Positions 48,219-58,552 are shown, counted from the first letter of the stretch. The stretch is DNA of 64,000 nucleotides from Patescibacteria group bacterium (GCA_018818965.1 JAHJQX010000010.1:4579-68578); one strand, 5' to 3'. Program-made: numbers and translations. Notes: generated by a model not told the origin, from the sequence alone.

Positions 48219-49481
48219 TTAAGTCTGCATTATCTTTACCACCTTGCGCAAGGCACGATGCAAAATATCTTCCTCGCCCGCCAGATCAATCGCTAGGTTG
48301 GCCAAAGCCATCGGCGTAATATCCTGTTGATCAACCAGCTTACCAGTTTCATCAACAATATTAACTACCTCTCCTGGTTTAATGAAGGAAACATGGGGTG
48401 GTTTAGCAAAAGGTAAATTTTTGGTCCAAGTCTCTGAAAGTAGAGAAGATTTGATGCCTGGCAACACACTACCACCACCACAGAGAAGAATGCGTGCTGG
48501 TAAAAGATCCAAATTAGAAAATTCGCTGAGAGCCAGTTCTACTCCTGATAACCATACCTTACAATCGGCATCCAAAATATTTTTAACTTTACGTGTTCTC
48601 TGTACTGGTAGAGATCCTTTCGAGTATTCAATTTTTACCTTTTCCGCCTCCGTAAAACTTATCCCCAATTCATTGGAAACACGCTTAGTAAAAGCTCGTC
48701 CTCCTAGGGCAAACATCTTAGTGCCCTCTAGGCCTCCATTTCGTACTACGGCAATATCAGTGGTACCACCACCAACGTCCATAAAAATAGCGTTGAATTC
48801 CACCGAATCTTCCGCTCCGACTGAACGCGCCACCGTGTAAGGCTCAGCGGCAATCGAAAGCAAATCCATATCCAGTTCAGTGGCAATAGTCTGCAAAGCA
48901 CCCAGATGAACCAAGGGAGCATAGGCATTAAAAATTGAAATGGAGACATCCTTGCCCTGAAAACCAAGCGGGTTGGTAATCTTATATCCATCGATTTTAA
49001 CATCGACAATAGCTGCGTTGATCAAGCGGACGTCCATTTCATTGTGGCCTGTCTCCCACGACAACTGCTTGCGTACCTTATCAAAAGCTTTCCATTGTAC
49101 CTTGTGAATAATATTCTTTAGTTCCGACAGGTCTATTTTGGATTTGGGCTTCAGCCGCTCGTAGTGAACAGTGGTAGTGGTTCCCTTAACTAACTCACCC
49201 GCAATCCCCAAGATTACTTGATCGGGTCGAACACCAGCTTGCTCGACAGCTTCATCAAGTGCCTTCTCACTGGTGCGGACCACACCTTCAATATCAGTCA
49301 CCCCACCTGATTGCATATCACCTAGTCGTTGCTGATAACGACCCACTCCCTTGACAATTCCTTTACCTTCCTTGACGTCTATTTCAAAAACCAAAGCCTT
49401 CACGACCTCGGTGCCAACATCAAGGGCAAGAGCATAATGACCCAAGTTCTCCCGATGGATTATTTTATTAAAAATTCCCAT
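48219..49481 (-). CDS. FtsA-like actin-family ATPase
   Basis: LALDVGTEVVK, DVGGGTTD, GGRAFT, LCGGGSVLPG; ftsZ is not adjacent. Confidence 0.85.
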   Translation of the reverse strand: MGIFNKIIHRENLGHYALALDVGTEVVKALVFEIDVKEGKGIVKGVGRYQQRLGDMQSGGVTDIEGVVRTSEKALDEAVEQAGVRPDQVILGIAGELVKGTTTTVHYERLKPKSKIDLSELKNIIHKVQWKAFDKVRKQLSWETGHNEMDVRLINAAIVDVKIDGYKITNPLGFQGKDVSISIFNAYAPLVHLGALQTIATELDMDLLSIAAEPYTVARSVGAEDSVEFNAIFMDVGGGTTDIAVVRNGGLEGTKMFALGGRAFTKRVSNELGISFTEAEKVKIEYSKGSLPVQRTRKVKNILDADCKVWLSGVELALSEFSNLDLLPARILLCGGGSVLPGIKSSLLSETWTKNLPFAKPPHVSFIKPGEVVNIVDETGKLVDQQDITPMALANLAIDLAGEEDILHRALRKVVKIMQT

Positions 49482-49610
49482 AAATATAATACAAACCTCT
49501 CGTAGTTAGTTACTACCAGCTGCCAGAATATTATACCACATTAGTTGGTAAATAAAAAACCCTATATCTGTTGTTGATATAAGGAAATGTTTAAAACTAA
49601 TATTGCCTAC

Positions 49611-51542
49611 CTATTCCAGTACTGCTTTTACTCGCCGCACTCCCGCTCCCGATGATTGCTCTTTCTTTATTTTAAATTTTCCTAGTTCTTTGGTATTTTT
49701 TACATGGGGACCACCACAAAGCTCACCGGAAATATCACTAATAGTATAGACTTTTACCTTATTGCCATACTTGTCTTCAAATAATCCAATTACATCGCGT
49801 TTTTTAGCTTCCTCGTAGGGCAATTCTTCGCATTCCACTTTCAGCCCGGCTGTAATCCATCCATTGACTAGTTTTTCGGTGGCGGCGATTTGTTCTGGGG
49901 TCACCTTTTCGTCATGACTAAAATCAAAGCGCAGACGTTCAGTGGTGATATTACTGCCCTTTTGCTGAACATGATCACCTAGCACCTGCCTAAGAGCCGC
50001 CTGGAGCAAATGAGTGGCAGTATGCAACTTGGTTGTTTGTTCGTCGGCATCAGCTAAGCCGCCTTTGAATTTATCAGTTGAGGCGGAGCGGGAGAGGGCT
50101 TGGTGTTTTTCTAGCTCTTCGGCAAATCCTTCCTCGTCAAACTTTACCTTTTTTTCCTCGCAAAGTTCTTGCATTATCTCTTTGGGAAATCCATAGGTTT
50201 GATAAAAATAAAAAGCGCTATCACCATATAGTATCCCTTGGTTCCATGATTTACCTATTCTGCCATATTTATCTAGCGGTTCTGTACTAAAAGCAAATTT
50301 ATCAAATTCTCTTAACCCTTTTTTCAACGCTTTACCAAATTTAGCTTCTTCTTTTCTTATTTCCTCAAGGATAAAATTGCTTTTTTCACCCACGTTTGAA
50401 TAAAAATCGGTCAACTTCGCATCCTCTTTATAAAAATCAATAACTGAAGCTGCTATAGGTTGAAGATAATATTCTCGTTCATTACCCAATCTCCTACCAG
50501 CCAAACAAGCACGCCTAATCAATCTTCTCACTAAATACCCCTGATCGACATTTGAAGGTCCCACTCCTCGATCATCAGCCATTATCATCGTCGCTGCTCT
50601 AACATGATCAGCAATAATCCTTATTTCTTTCTTTGTCTTTTCTCCACAATCTACATAACTTTTACCAATTTCTTTCTCCACCTTAGCAATAATTGGCTTA
50701 AAAACATCAATCATAAAAATATCAGGCACGTCGAGGCTCGCCATCACCATCCGCTCCAGACCCCCACCAAAGTCAACATTATTTTGCGGCAGGGGCTCGA
50801 AGCTATCTTCGGTCTTTTTGTACTGCATAAAGACACTATTGCCAATTTCAATAAACCGACCACAATCGCAATTAATGTGACACGGCTTGTTTTTGAAAGA
50901 AGATTTTTCGTGTATCTCTAGCTCCTCGCCAAAGTCCCAAAATATCTCCGAATCGGGACCACCGGGCTCGCCAACTGGCATGTTTTTCGTCACTCCACTG
51001 CGTGACCACCAGTTTTTGGTTTCGTCATAGTAAAATATTCGGCCATTCTGCATCCCTTTTTTCTCCGCCTCGTCAATCACTCGCGCTTTAATACCAGCTC
51101 CAGCAAAAACTTCTTGCCAAAGCTTAGCTGAATCCTCATCGCGTGGGATATTAGCTTCTTCCTGACCCCGAAAGATAGAAACATAAATCCGCCCCGGATC
51201 CAGCCCAACCACCTCCGTCAAAAACTCAAACACCCAGGGGATTTGTTCCTCTTTAAAATAATCTCCCAGCGACCAATTACCTAGCATTTCAAAAAAAGTA
51301 GTATGCCGATTATCACCTACTTCCTCAATATCCTGGGAACGAAAACACTTCTGCGAATCAGCTAGTCGCGCCCCCTGCGGATGCTTTTCGCCTAGTAGAT
51401 AAGGTATCATCGGCTGCATTCCCGAACCAGTAAAAAGAGTGGTGGGATCATTTTCAGGTAATAAAGAAGCCGAGGGTAAAATGGCATGCCCTTTTTCAAT
51501 AAAAAAGTCTAAATACTTTTCCCGCAACTCGGTGACGGTCAT
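49611..51542 (-). CDS. alaS: Alanine--tRNA ligase (C-Ala domain absent)
   Basis: HTTFFEMLGNWS, ADHVRA, YQTYGFP, HTATH, ELCGGPH; ends GVRRVKAV. Confidence 0.97.
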   Translation of the reverse strand: MTVTELREKYLDFFIEKGHAILPSASLLPENDPTTLFTGSGMQPMIPYLLGEKHPQGARLADSQKCFRSQDIEEVGDNRHTTFFEMLGNWSLGDYFKEEQIPWVFEFLTEVVGLDPGRIYVSIFRGQEEANIPRDEDSAKLWQEVFAGAGIKARVIDEAEKKGMQNGRIFYYDETKNWWSRSGVTKNMPVGEPGGPDSEIFWDFGEELEIHEKSSFKNKPCHINCDCGRFIEIGNSVFMQYKKTEDSFEPLPQNNVDFGGGLERMVMASLDVPDIFMIDVFKPIIAKVEKEIGKSYVDCGEKTKKEIRIIADHVRAATMIMADDRGVGPSNVDQGYLVRRLIRRACLAGRRLGNEREYYLQPIAASVIDFYKEDAKLTDFYSNVGEKSNFILEEIRKEEAKFGKALKKGLREFDKFAFSTEPLDKYGRIGKSWNQGILYGDSAFYFYQTYGFPKEIMQELCEEKKVKFDEEGFAEELEKHQALSRSASTDKFKGGLADADEQTTKLHTATHLLQAALRQVLGDHVQQKGSNITTERLRFDFSHDEKVTPEQIAATEKLVNGWITAGLKVECEELPYEEAKKRDVIGLFEDKYGNKVKVYTISDISGELCGGPHVKNTKELGKFKIKKEQSSGAGVRRVKAVLE

Positions 51543-51551
51543 TTCAATAAC

Positions 51552-51767
51552 TTATCCTTCTAGTCTCATACGCGTAGCCTCTCGTGCCAATCTTTTCTCT
51601 TCGGCAAATAATTCGTCTAACTCTTCTTCTAGCAACTCTTTCCGTTTTTCCAGATCGCGAATGTCTATTCTTACTCTTCTAACTTCTTTTTCTCGCTTAC
51701 CAATGTCCTCTCGGAGATCTTCTAATTCTCCCTGAATCCTTTTACTTGGATCACTAAAGTCTGGCAT
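51552..51767 (-). CDS. Small coiled-coil hypothetical protein
   Basis: 71 aa, E/R/L heptads, fits the gap between mnmA and alaS. Confidence 0.6.
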   Translation of the reverse strand: MPDFSDPSKRIQGELEDLREDIGKREKEVRRVRIDIRDLEKRKELLEEELDELFAEEKRLAREATRMRLEG

Positions 51768-51778
51768 ATTTTAGTAGT

Positions 51779-52861
51779 TTACTTTTTTATTATTCCCCCT
51801 CCTAATAATTCATTCTGATGATAAAAAACTACCGACTGGCCCGGCATGACCGCTCGTTGAGCAGTAACAAGATCAACTCGGTATCCTTGGGGATCAGCAG
51901 TGACCTCAGCCGCCACTGGTTTTGTATTATACCTCACTACCGCCTCCGCCACCAGAGGCCAAGTTGGCTCCTGCCCACTCACCCAATTAATTGTTCTACA
52001 TTTAACAATTCGAGAATATAGTTTTTTATCCTGCGGATTATTAGTAACTACTAAATTATTATTAGGCCAATCTCGATTCACCACATAATATGGCCCCTTA
52101 CCGCCAACCCTTACTCCTTTCCTCTGGCCAACAGTATATGAATGTAGCCCGTGATGCTGGCCAATCACCTTTCCAGATATGTCGACAATTGACCCTTCTT
52201 CCGCCCCACCTAAATGCCTGTCTACAAAATCTTCGACTGTATTACCAACAAAACAGATATCCTGGCTTTCTTTGACAGCAGTTACAGGCAAATCTAGCTG
52301 GAAAGCAATTTTTCTGACTTCACTTTTTTTATATCCTCCTAGGGGAAATAATAAATACTTAAGCTGCTGCTGGGTTAAATTATAGAGAAAATATGATTGA
52401 TCTTTTTTAACATCCTTAGCCTTAAAAAGCTTATATTTACCCTTGCTCTCACCCTTTTCTACGTAGTGCCCCGTCGCCAAACAATCAAATCCCAACTCTC
52501 TGATCTTATCAAGAAGCAAACCAAATTTTATCTCACGGTTACAAACTACGCAAGGATTAGGCGTATGGTGTTGCCGATATTCAGAGAGAAAATTGTCCAC
52601 TACTTGCTCTTTAAATTCCTTTTTAAAATCCAAGGAGTAAAAAGGAATTTTCAACTTGTTCGCCACCGCTCGCACCCGCTTTTCTGCTGCACTAGAGCAA
52701 CAACGATTCTCTCGCCGACAGCCAGACTGATCCTGCCAAAAGTACATAAAAAAACCAGTCACATCACAGTCACTTTTTTGTAACAGAGCAGCGGCCACTG
52801 ATGAATCTACTCCTCCTGACATAGCTACCGCCACCCGAAGTCGACGTTTGTTTCTCATCAT
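51779..52861 (-). CDS. mnmA: tRNA 2-thiouridylase MnmA
   Basis: AMSGGVDSS, TPNPCVVCN, ATGHY, KDQSYFL, YTVGQRKG, PGQSVVFY. Confidence 0.97.
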   Translation of the reverse strand: MMRNKRRLRVAVAMSGGVDSSVAAALLQKSDCDVTGFFMYFWQDQSGCRRENRCCSSAAEKRVRAVANKLKIPFYSLDFKKEFKEQVVDNFLSEYRQHHTPNPCVVCNREIKFGLLLDKIRELGFDCLATGHYVEKGESKGKYKLFKAKDVKKDQSYFLYNLTQQQLKYLLFPLGGYKKSEVRKIAFQLDLPVTAVKESQDICFVGNTVEDFVDRHLGGAEEGSIVDISGKVIGQHHGLHSYTVGQRKGVRVGGKGPYYVVNRDWPNNNLVVTNNPQDKKLYSRIVKCRTINWVSGQEPTWPLVAEAVVRYNTKPVAAEVTADPQGYRVDLVTAQRAVMPGQSVVFYHQNELLGGGIIKK

Positions 52862-54426
52862 TACGAACGCTGGTCGTTAATTTTGACTACTTGGCCAGGT
52901 TTTATTCCGGCTCCTGATTTGCGACTCGGCCGCGAGTCAACTTTAGCTGGTTCGGTAGCTTTTTTCTGGTTACTGTTCCGCCCCCCGAGAGCAGTGGCGA
53001 AAGCTTTTTTAAAAGGCTGGTGAACTTTAGTATCCGGGGATGGTTGCGACGATCTATTAGATGTGATTGATCTATCTTTTGGTCTCCGATCCCTGTCCGC
53101 TGGTGCTCTATCAATCTTTTTCTCCTCGCTCTCTTCCTCCATTACCCCACTCCAACGAGCAATTTTATCTTCAACCACGTCTCGCTTCTTAGCATAACGC
53201 TCGCGCGAGATTTCAACAATTTTATCTCTGTTCCCCTCTGTTTCCCACAAAGGTGGTAGGGTCATAGCCGAAAAAGCCTGACTAGCCACCCCTTCTATCA
53301 TTAACTTTAAATATATGCGGTACTTAGTCAGATTAACTAGGTCAGTTTCGTCGAAAATTGGCTCAAATTCTTTAACTAGAACTTCGGCATCAGCTGCCCC
53401 GATTCGAAAACAGACAATCGTACCGACATTGCCAAACACAGCGTAGCGAACTTCTTCGGCTAGTTGATCAATATACTGGTGAGCCATTATCAAATCTAAG
53501 TGATACTTACGCGCTTCGGACAAGATATCAGCAAAACTTTCCGTCGCAAAATTTTGGAACTCATCGACATAGAGATAAAAATCGGCTCGTTCTTCCTCGG
53601 GAATATCAACTCGACTCATTGCTGCCAACTGGATTTTGGTAATTACCATCGCTCCAAAGAGAGCCGAGGCATCCTCACCTACCCTTCCCTTGGCTAAATT
53701 AAGTAATAGAATCTTCCGGTTATCCATGATGTCACGCATATCCAGAGTTGACTTAGACTGACCCACAATATTTCTGATCAAGGAAATTGACAAGAACTGA
53801 CCAACTTTATTCTGGATTGGAGCAATGGCTTCAGCCATAAATCTATCAGGATACTTCGAGAATTCATCTATCCAAAAAGACTTCACTACTGGATCAGTCA
53901 CCTTCTTGACCACTTTATTGCGAAAAGTCTTGTCCGTCAGCATTTTCATAATACCCAGTAGGGTGCTGCCAGGATAATCCATCAGAGCTAGAATAGTATT
54001 ACGCAGCACATATTCCAAACGCGGACCCCAAGAATCAGCCCAGATCTTTTTAAATACACCCAGCAGTCCTGACGCCACTAAATGCTTGTGATCAGGATCA
54101 ATATTCTCCATCACATTGAAAGCAATTGGATTATTAACGTCGCCAGGATTAAAATAGACAACATCGTTAATTCGGCTGGCGGGAACATAATCTAACATCC
54201 GATCAGCAAACTCACCATGAGGATCAACCACGCAGACTCCATTGCCAGCCTTAATATCAGAAATCACCATGTTCTCCAGCATGGTCGTTTTACCCATACC
54301 CGTTTTTCCGACCACATACATGTGCCGCCGTCGGTCATCAGTTCTAATACCAAACTTTCGACTTTGACCACGGAAATTGGTCTCGCCAAACAGGGTAACG
54401 TCTGATTGGGTTTTGTGTTTTTCCAT
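52861..54426 (-). CDS. VirD4/TraG/HerA-like P-loop ATPase
   Basis: RRRHMYVVGKTGMGKT, VVDPHGE, LYVDEFQNF, LSEARKY, AHQY. Confidence 0.88.
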   Translation of the reverse strand: MEKHKTQSDVTLFGETNFRGQSRKFGIRTDDRRRHMYVVGKTGMGKTTMLENMVISDIKAGNGVCVVDPHGEFADRMLDYVPASRINDVVYFNPGDVNNPIAFNVMENIDPDHKHLVASGLLGVFKKIWADSWGPRLEYVLRNTILALMDYPGSTLLGIMKMLTDKTFRNKVVKKVTDPVVKSFWIDEFSKYPDRFMAEAIAPIQNKVGQFLSISLIRNIVGQSKSTLDMRDIMDNRKILLLNLAKGRVGEDASALFGAMVITKIQLAAMSRVDIPEEERADFYLYVDEFQNFATESFADILSEARKYHLDLIMAHQYIDQLAEEVRYAVFGNVGTIVCFRIGAADAEVLVKEFEPIFDETDLVNLTKYRIYLKLMIEGVASQAFSAMTLPPLWETEGNRDKIVEISRERYAKKRDVVEDKIARWSGVMEEESEEKKIDRAPADRDRRPKDRSITSNRSSQPSPDTKVHQPFKKAFATALGGRNSNQKKATEPAKVDSRPSRKSGAGIKPGQVVKINDQRS

Positions 54427-54438
54427 CGATAATATAGA

Positions 54439-55713
54439 TTACTCCATTGGTAAATCACTCGGTGGCATTCCCTTACCCGCCTCGGCCGTGATAACTGCCG
54501 GAGATTTAACTGTAATATAAGGAAAGTGAAAAACCGTAGCTACTTCTTCCACACTCAGGATAAAGGGTTGGGCGCCAGCATCAATATCGCGAGCCTGATA
54601 ACGACGCACTAGATTAGACTGACGGGGAGGAATCCGAGTTTTCTTCCAGTAAGAAATAAACGTCCAATGCTTATGGTGAGGCTTGAAAGAATTAAGATTT
54701 TGGGAGTTAAACCCTTTGAATGTTCCCATCATGGGAAAACCGATTCTCTTTTTATTAAAGACATCTTTACGCCCTAAATACATCGTCCTAACTTTTACTT
54801 GAAATCCCCCTTTACTAATATTCTCCTGGATAGCTTTCACTGCTTCTTGCTCACCCGGCGACAGAAAAAGCATCTCGCTCGGCGGAGCTTCGCTCTTGTG
54901 AGAGGTATTTTGTGCCGCTCCCGCTGGCTCAATTGCACTAACAGCTGTATGCACTCCCTTTAGAAACAGCGGTTCATAGGGCTTGCCTTTTTTCTTAATC
55001 AGCTTGGCTACTAATTTATCACCAGCTTCTTTCCACTTATCGCTGACTGGACGTAAAATATACTGATACCAGATTTGTTCGCCATCACCGATACGACTCA
55101 TTACTTCCAGAGTGCCAGATAAGGGATCGATAAACTTGTCTTCATTAATCTCATCCATAAAATACTTATAAGTCCTAATCGGGTAAGCGTCCTCTCTCGT
55201 CAGTTTCCACTCTACTCCTACTAGGTCATACTCATCGTTCGGATACTTATTGGGAACAAAATGGACGTAGTCTTCTACTTCGATAATCTCAGCTTCTGGG
55301 TACTGAGCATAGACATTAGCTTCAACGTGATCGCGCAAAATCACCGGAACCCGGATAATAAAACGAATGTTACCAGCGATACTGACAATTTCTAAACTGA
55401 AAGTTTCCTGTGATTCTCCTTCTATAAATATCTCTTTAAAATTAGGTGGGGAATAAATAGTCCACAAGCCATTTAACACTTCTTCCATCGACTTGGGGTT
55501 CTTCTCGTTATCTTCGGGAACACTGATTGCCAACAAAATATACTCAATTGATTTTACATACTTGATTCTTTTAAAACTAAGCCAAATATAATAGACGGCT
55601 ACTATTGTCCCCGCGATGGCTAGCCACCATACTTTTTGGGCCACTATAAAAAACATGTACCAGAATTCGTACAAGAAATCAAAGAAATCAAGTGGCGGCA
55701 AATCGTTTAGCAC
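54439..55713 (-). CDS. Membrane-anchored partner of the VirD4-like ATPase (hypothetical)
   Basis: N-terminal TM, FSLEIV, YAQYPEAEI, YPIRTY, LSVEEVATVFHFP. Confidence 0.75.
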   Translation of the reverse strand: MLNDLPPLDFFDFLYEFWYMFFIVAQKVWWLAIAGTIVAVYYIWLSFKRIKYVKSIEYILLAISVPEDNEKNPKSMEEVLNGLWTIYSPPNFKEIFIEGESQETFSLEIVSIAGNIRFIIRVPVILRDHVEANVYAQYPEAEIIEVEDYVHFVPNKYPNDEYDLVGVEWKLTREDAYPIRTYKYFMDEINEDKFIDPLSGTLEVMSRIGDGEQIWYQYILRPVSDKWKEAGDKLVAKLIKKKGKPYEPLFLKGVHTAVSAIEPAGAAQNTSHKSEAPPSEMLFLSPGEQEAVKAIQENISKGGFQVKVRTMYLGRKDVFNKKRIGFPMMGTFKGFNSQNLNSFKPHHKHWTFISYWKKTRIPPRQSNLVRRYQARDIDAGAQPFILSVEEVATVFHFPYITVKSPAVITAEAGKGMPPSDLPME

Positions 55714-55782
55714 AGATATTCTTTTTACTAGGCTTTTATTTTTGTATTATATAATATCTGCTAGCCTGGGGAAATAGATAAA

Positions 55783-56871
55783 TTAGGCTAGAGTGTAAGA
55801 TTTCTGTCCAACTTTTTTGAAACGATCAGTATTTTGTAAAGCCAAGGCAACTGTGTTGCGCTTAACAATTCTTTGCTTTAATACTTTGGCGATAATATCT
55901 TCTTTAGGCAGTGGTTGACCAGCTGCTTTGAGAACACTGACTACTACATCCGCTACTGTACCCGAGCTGTATCCCCATTCAGTCAAACCATAAATACCTC
56001 GCCCCACTAGGACAAAACGTTTGTCTTTAATAAGCTCGTTGTGCACTGTTTGGGGAATAGCCTGACGACCGCCAAAATTAGTATTGTTGATTTTGCTAGT
56101 AATTTCCTTAAAGTGAAGAGGTTTATTGCTTTTCTTTAAAACTAAGTAAGCCTTATCTTTAACTCCCTTGGGCACGATCTCATTCCAAGTAACAAACCCC
56201 CATTCAGCGAAGGGGTTTTTGCGCATCTTTTTGCTTAGATTTAGATAAGATTGAATATGTTTAGATTCCGAAATATCACACTTTTCAGCTACCTCGTGCT
56301 GTAAAAGTTGCTCTACAATTCCGAACTCTTTTAGTGGCTTATTATGCTTTTTTAGCACCTCGTGGGCAGCTTCAATCACTTGCTTGGGAATATCAAGCGA
56401 ACCATTTTTTACTGCCCAAGCCTTATAAGTATGCTCGGAATCAGCTAAGTGCTCAAATTTATTGCTCAGATTTAATATAAAATCAACCACGTTAGCATGA
56501 GTTTCAACTGGTGATACAGCCTCGATAAAGGAATCAATCGCGTGGTTATGCTCCATTACCTGACCATGCTTGTCGATAATAGACTCCAGCAAAACTTCGC
56601 ACGGCTTGATTGCTTTAATTTTATTACCTTTCTGTAGATCTTTAAGGGCAGCTGATTCAATCTGACGAACTCGCTCCCTGGTAATTTCGTGGTTGCGGCC
56701 AATCTCTTCTAGTGTTTGGTGACGACTGCCGTCTAAACCAAAACGTTTGACTAAAATATCTTTAGTCCTCGGTTTGAGGCTAGAGATAAGCTGCAGAACA
56801 AAATCTGTTGGCAGCACTTGCAGCCCAGTCACGTTGTTACTAGTAATATTTTTTAGGTTGTTGCTTGTCAT
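55783..56871 (-). CDS. Sigma70 region-4 HTH + RNAP-delta/HARE-HTH domain protein
   Basis: RFGLDG..TLEEIG...TRERVRQIE; KPLHFKEI...RFVLVGRGIYGLTEW. Confidence 0.85.
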   Translation of the reverse strand: MTSNNLKNITSNNVTGLQVLPTDFVLQLISSLKPRTKDILVKRFGLDGSRHQTLEEIGRNHEITRERVRQIESAALKDLQKGNKIKAIKPCEVLLESIIDKHGQVMEHNHAIDSFIEAVSPVETHANVVDFILNLSNKFEHLADSEHTYKAWAVKNGSLDIPKQVIEAAHEVLKKHNKPLKEFGIVEQLLQHEVAEKCDISESKHIQSYLNLSKKMRKNPFAEWGFVTWNEIVPKGVKDKAYLVLKKSNKPLHFKEITSKINNTNFGGRQAIPQTVHNELIKDKRFVLVGRGIYGLTEWGYSSGTVADVVVSVLKAAGQPLPKEDIIAKVLKQRIVKRNTVALALQNTDRFKKVGQKSYTLA

Positions 56872-56929
56872 GATTCTTCCCTTCTATTAGCAATTATTTA
56901 AACAAACCCGTAACTTCAATTCTCCGTAA

Positions 56930-57018
56930 AGTGTATCACAAACCTCTAACATTGTCAACACTTATTTTGCCTTTTACATTTAATCGTGACATAATATCAT
57001 CATCCTATTTTTCGTCAA
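56930..57018 (-). promoter_or_regulatory. Tandem sigma70 promoters
   Basis: TTGACA-17-TACACT (56930-56958) and TTGACG-16-TATTAT (56991-57018), both with extended TG. Confidence 0.6.
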
Positions 57019-57073
57019 GAGATTTTAGTAATAATATTAAGTCACAAGAAAGATTTGGCCTTGAATAAAAGAC

Positions 57074-57104
57074 AAACTCCCTCAATGACTGAGGGAGTTT
57101 TTTT
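57074..57104. terminator. Intrinsic terminator
   Basis: AAACTCCCTCA-ATGAC-TGAGGGAGTTT with T-rich tails on both strands. Confidence 0.75.
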
Positions 57105-57128
57105 ACTTGAAGGTTAAATTTAATATCC

Positions 57129-58511
57129 TTAATAGGCGGCTTCTGCTCTAACTACGATCTTAGCGGTACGTAGTAATATCTGCAAATCCATCTTAAGCGA
57201 CCAATTTTCAATATAATAGGTGTCCAATTTTACCTCTTCGTCAAAAGAGAGGTCGGCTGCACCACTTACCTGTCCCATACCAGTCATACCAGGCTTGATA
57301 GCCAACACCTTATTTTGATGTTTTCGATACTGAGCTACTTCTTCTGGTTCGTGGGGACGTGGTCCCACCAAACTAATATCGTCCTTGAGGATATTAATAA
57401 ATTGGGGCAATTCATCAATCCGAGTTTTACGTAATAATTTACCAACTTGGGTGATGCGAGGATCATTTTTCATTTTAAACAGTGGCCCTTGACGCTCACT
57501 GTACTTAAGCAGGTCTTTTTTCATTTTATGGGCATCTTTGACCATGGAACGAAACTTAAACATATCAAAATTACCATCACGCCCTACTCGAGTCAGCCTG
57601 ACAAAAACTGGTCCGGGAGAATCTAATTTAATCGCAATGGCAACTAGCACAAATAAGGGGGTCAAGAATACTAAACCAAAAACTGCCCCGATAACATCAA
57701 TAACCCGTTTTATTATCTTCCCCCAGCCATCGAGAGGAGTGCGGCGGAATTCCACCAAAGGAAACCCGGCAATGACTTTAACCTCTATATTGATGGCCTC
57801 TGTGCCAAATAAGTCCGGGACATATTTCATATCAATCTTGCGCTCATTGGCAAAATCAATCAACTCCAACATTTTCGTCTTCGGAATACTGGGATCAGTT
57901 TGAATAATTTCGTCTATTCCTTGCGTTTGTGATAAATTTTCTAATTTTTCTAGCGTATCGCCATTAATTTCTGGTAATACTCCGACTACTTTATAGCCAA
58001 AAAGAGGGTTACGATAATTATCTTTGATGTGTTTGGTAGCAGAAGTTTGACCAATTAAGGCCACTCGGTGTGCCCCGTAGCCATAACGATATAGTCGCTG
58101 TTGGATAAAGCGGACCAGCGATCGACCAAAAACGACAAACATGATGGCTAAAGACCAAGTAACTAAGACTAAAAAACGGGAAGAAAACAACTCGGCTCGC
58201 AGAAAAATATACAAAACAATGCCCATTGCTCCCGTTGAAACCCCGACGAACACACTATAGAGATCATCAACAAAGCGCCTTTTCTTCTTAGGATTATACA
58301 GTCCCAATAAAGCAAAAATAATCAACCAAACCGGAGCTACTAATGCTATTAAGACAATGTATTGCTGCAGAGGTAAATCAAACTTGATTGGTCTGATCTC
58401 CACCACTTGCCCTGTAAAACGCAAAAAATAGGTAACAATAGCCGCCAATACTACCATTAGAAAATCAACGGGGACTAAGATCGCAGTAAAAAATAATTCT
58501 GATTTCTTCAT
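57129..58511 (-). CDS. Polyprenyl-phosphate sugar phosphotransferase (WcaJ/WbaP family)
   Basis: KRVIDV, FKFRSM, DPRIT, DELPQ, SLVGPRP, PGMTG. Confidence 0.94.
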   Translation of the reverse strand: MKKSELFFTAILVPVDFLMVVLAAIVTYFLRFTGQVVEIRPIKFDLPLQQYIVLIALVAPVWLIIFALLGLYNPKKKRRFVDDLYSVFVGVSTGAMGIVLYIFLRAELFSSRFLVLVTWSLAIMFVVFGRSLVRFIQQRLYRYGYGAHRVALIGQTSATKHIKDNYRNPLFGYKVVGVLPEINGDTLEKLENLSQTQGIDEIIQTDPSIPKTKMLELIDFANERKIDMKYVPDLFGTEAINIEVKVIAGFPLVEFRRTPLDGWGKIIKRVIDVIGAVFGLVFLTPLFVLVAIAIKLDSPGPVFVRLTRVGRDGNFDMFKFRSMVKDAHKMKKDLLKYSERQGPLFKMKNDPRITQVGKLLRKTRIDELPQFINILKDDISLVGPRPHEPEEVAQYRKHQNKVLAIKPGMTGMGQVSGAADLSFDEEVKLDTYYIENWSLKMDLQILLRTAKIVVRAEAAY

Positions 58512-58552
58512 TTAAAGAAGGGGTTAACCTGCTCTGAATTATATACCAAAAA

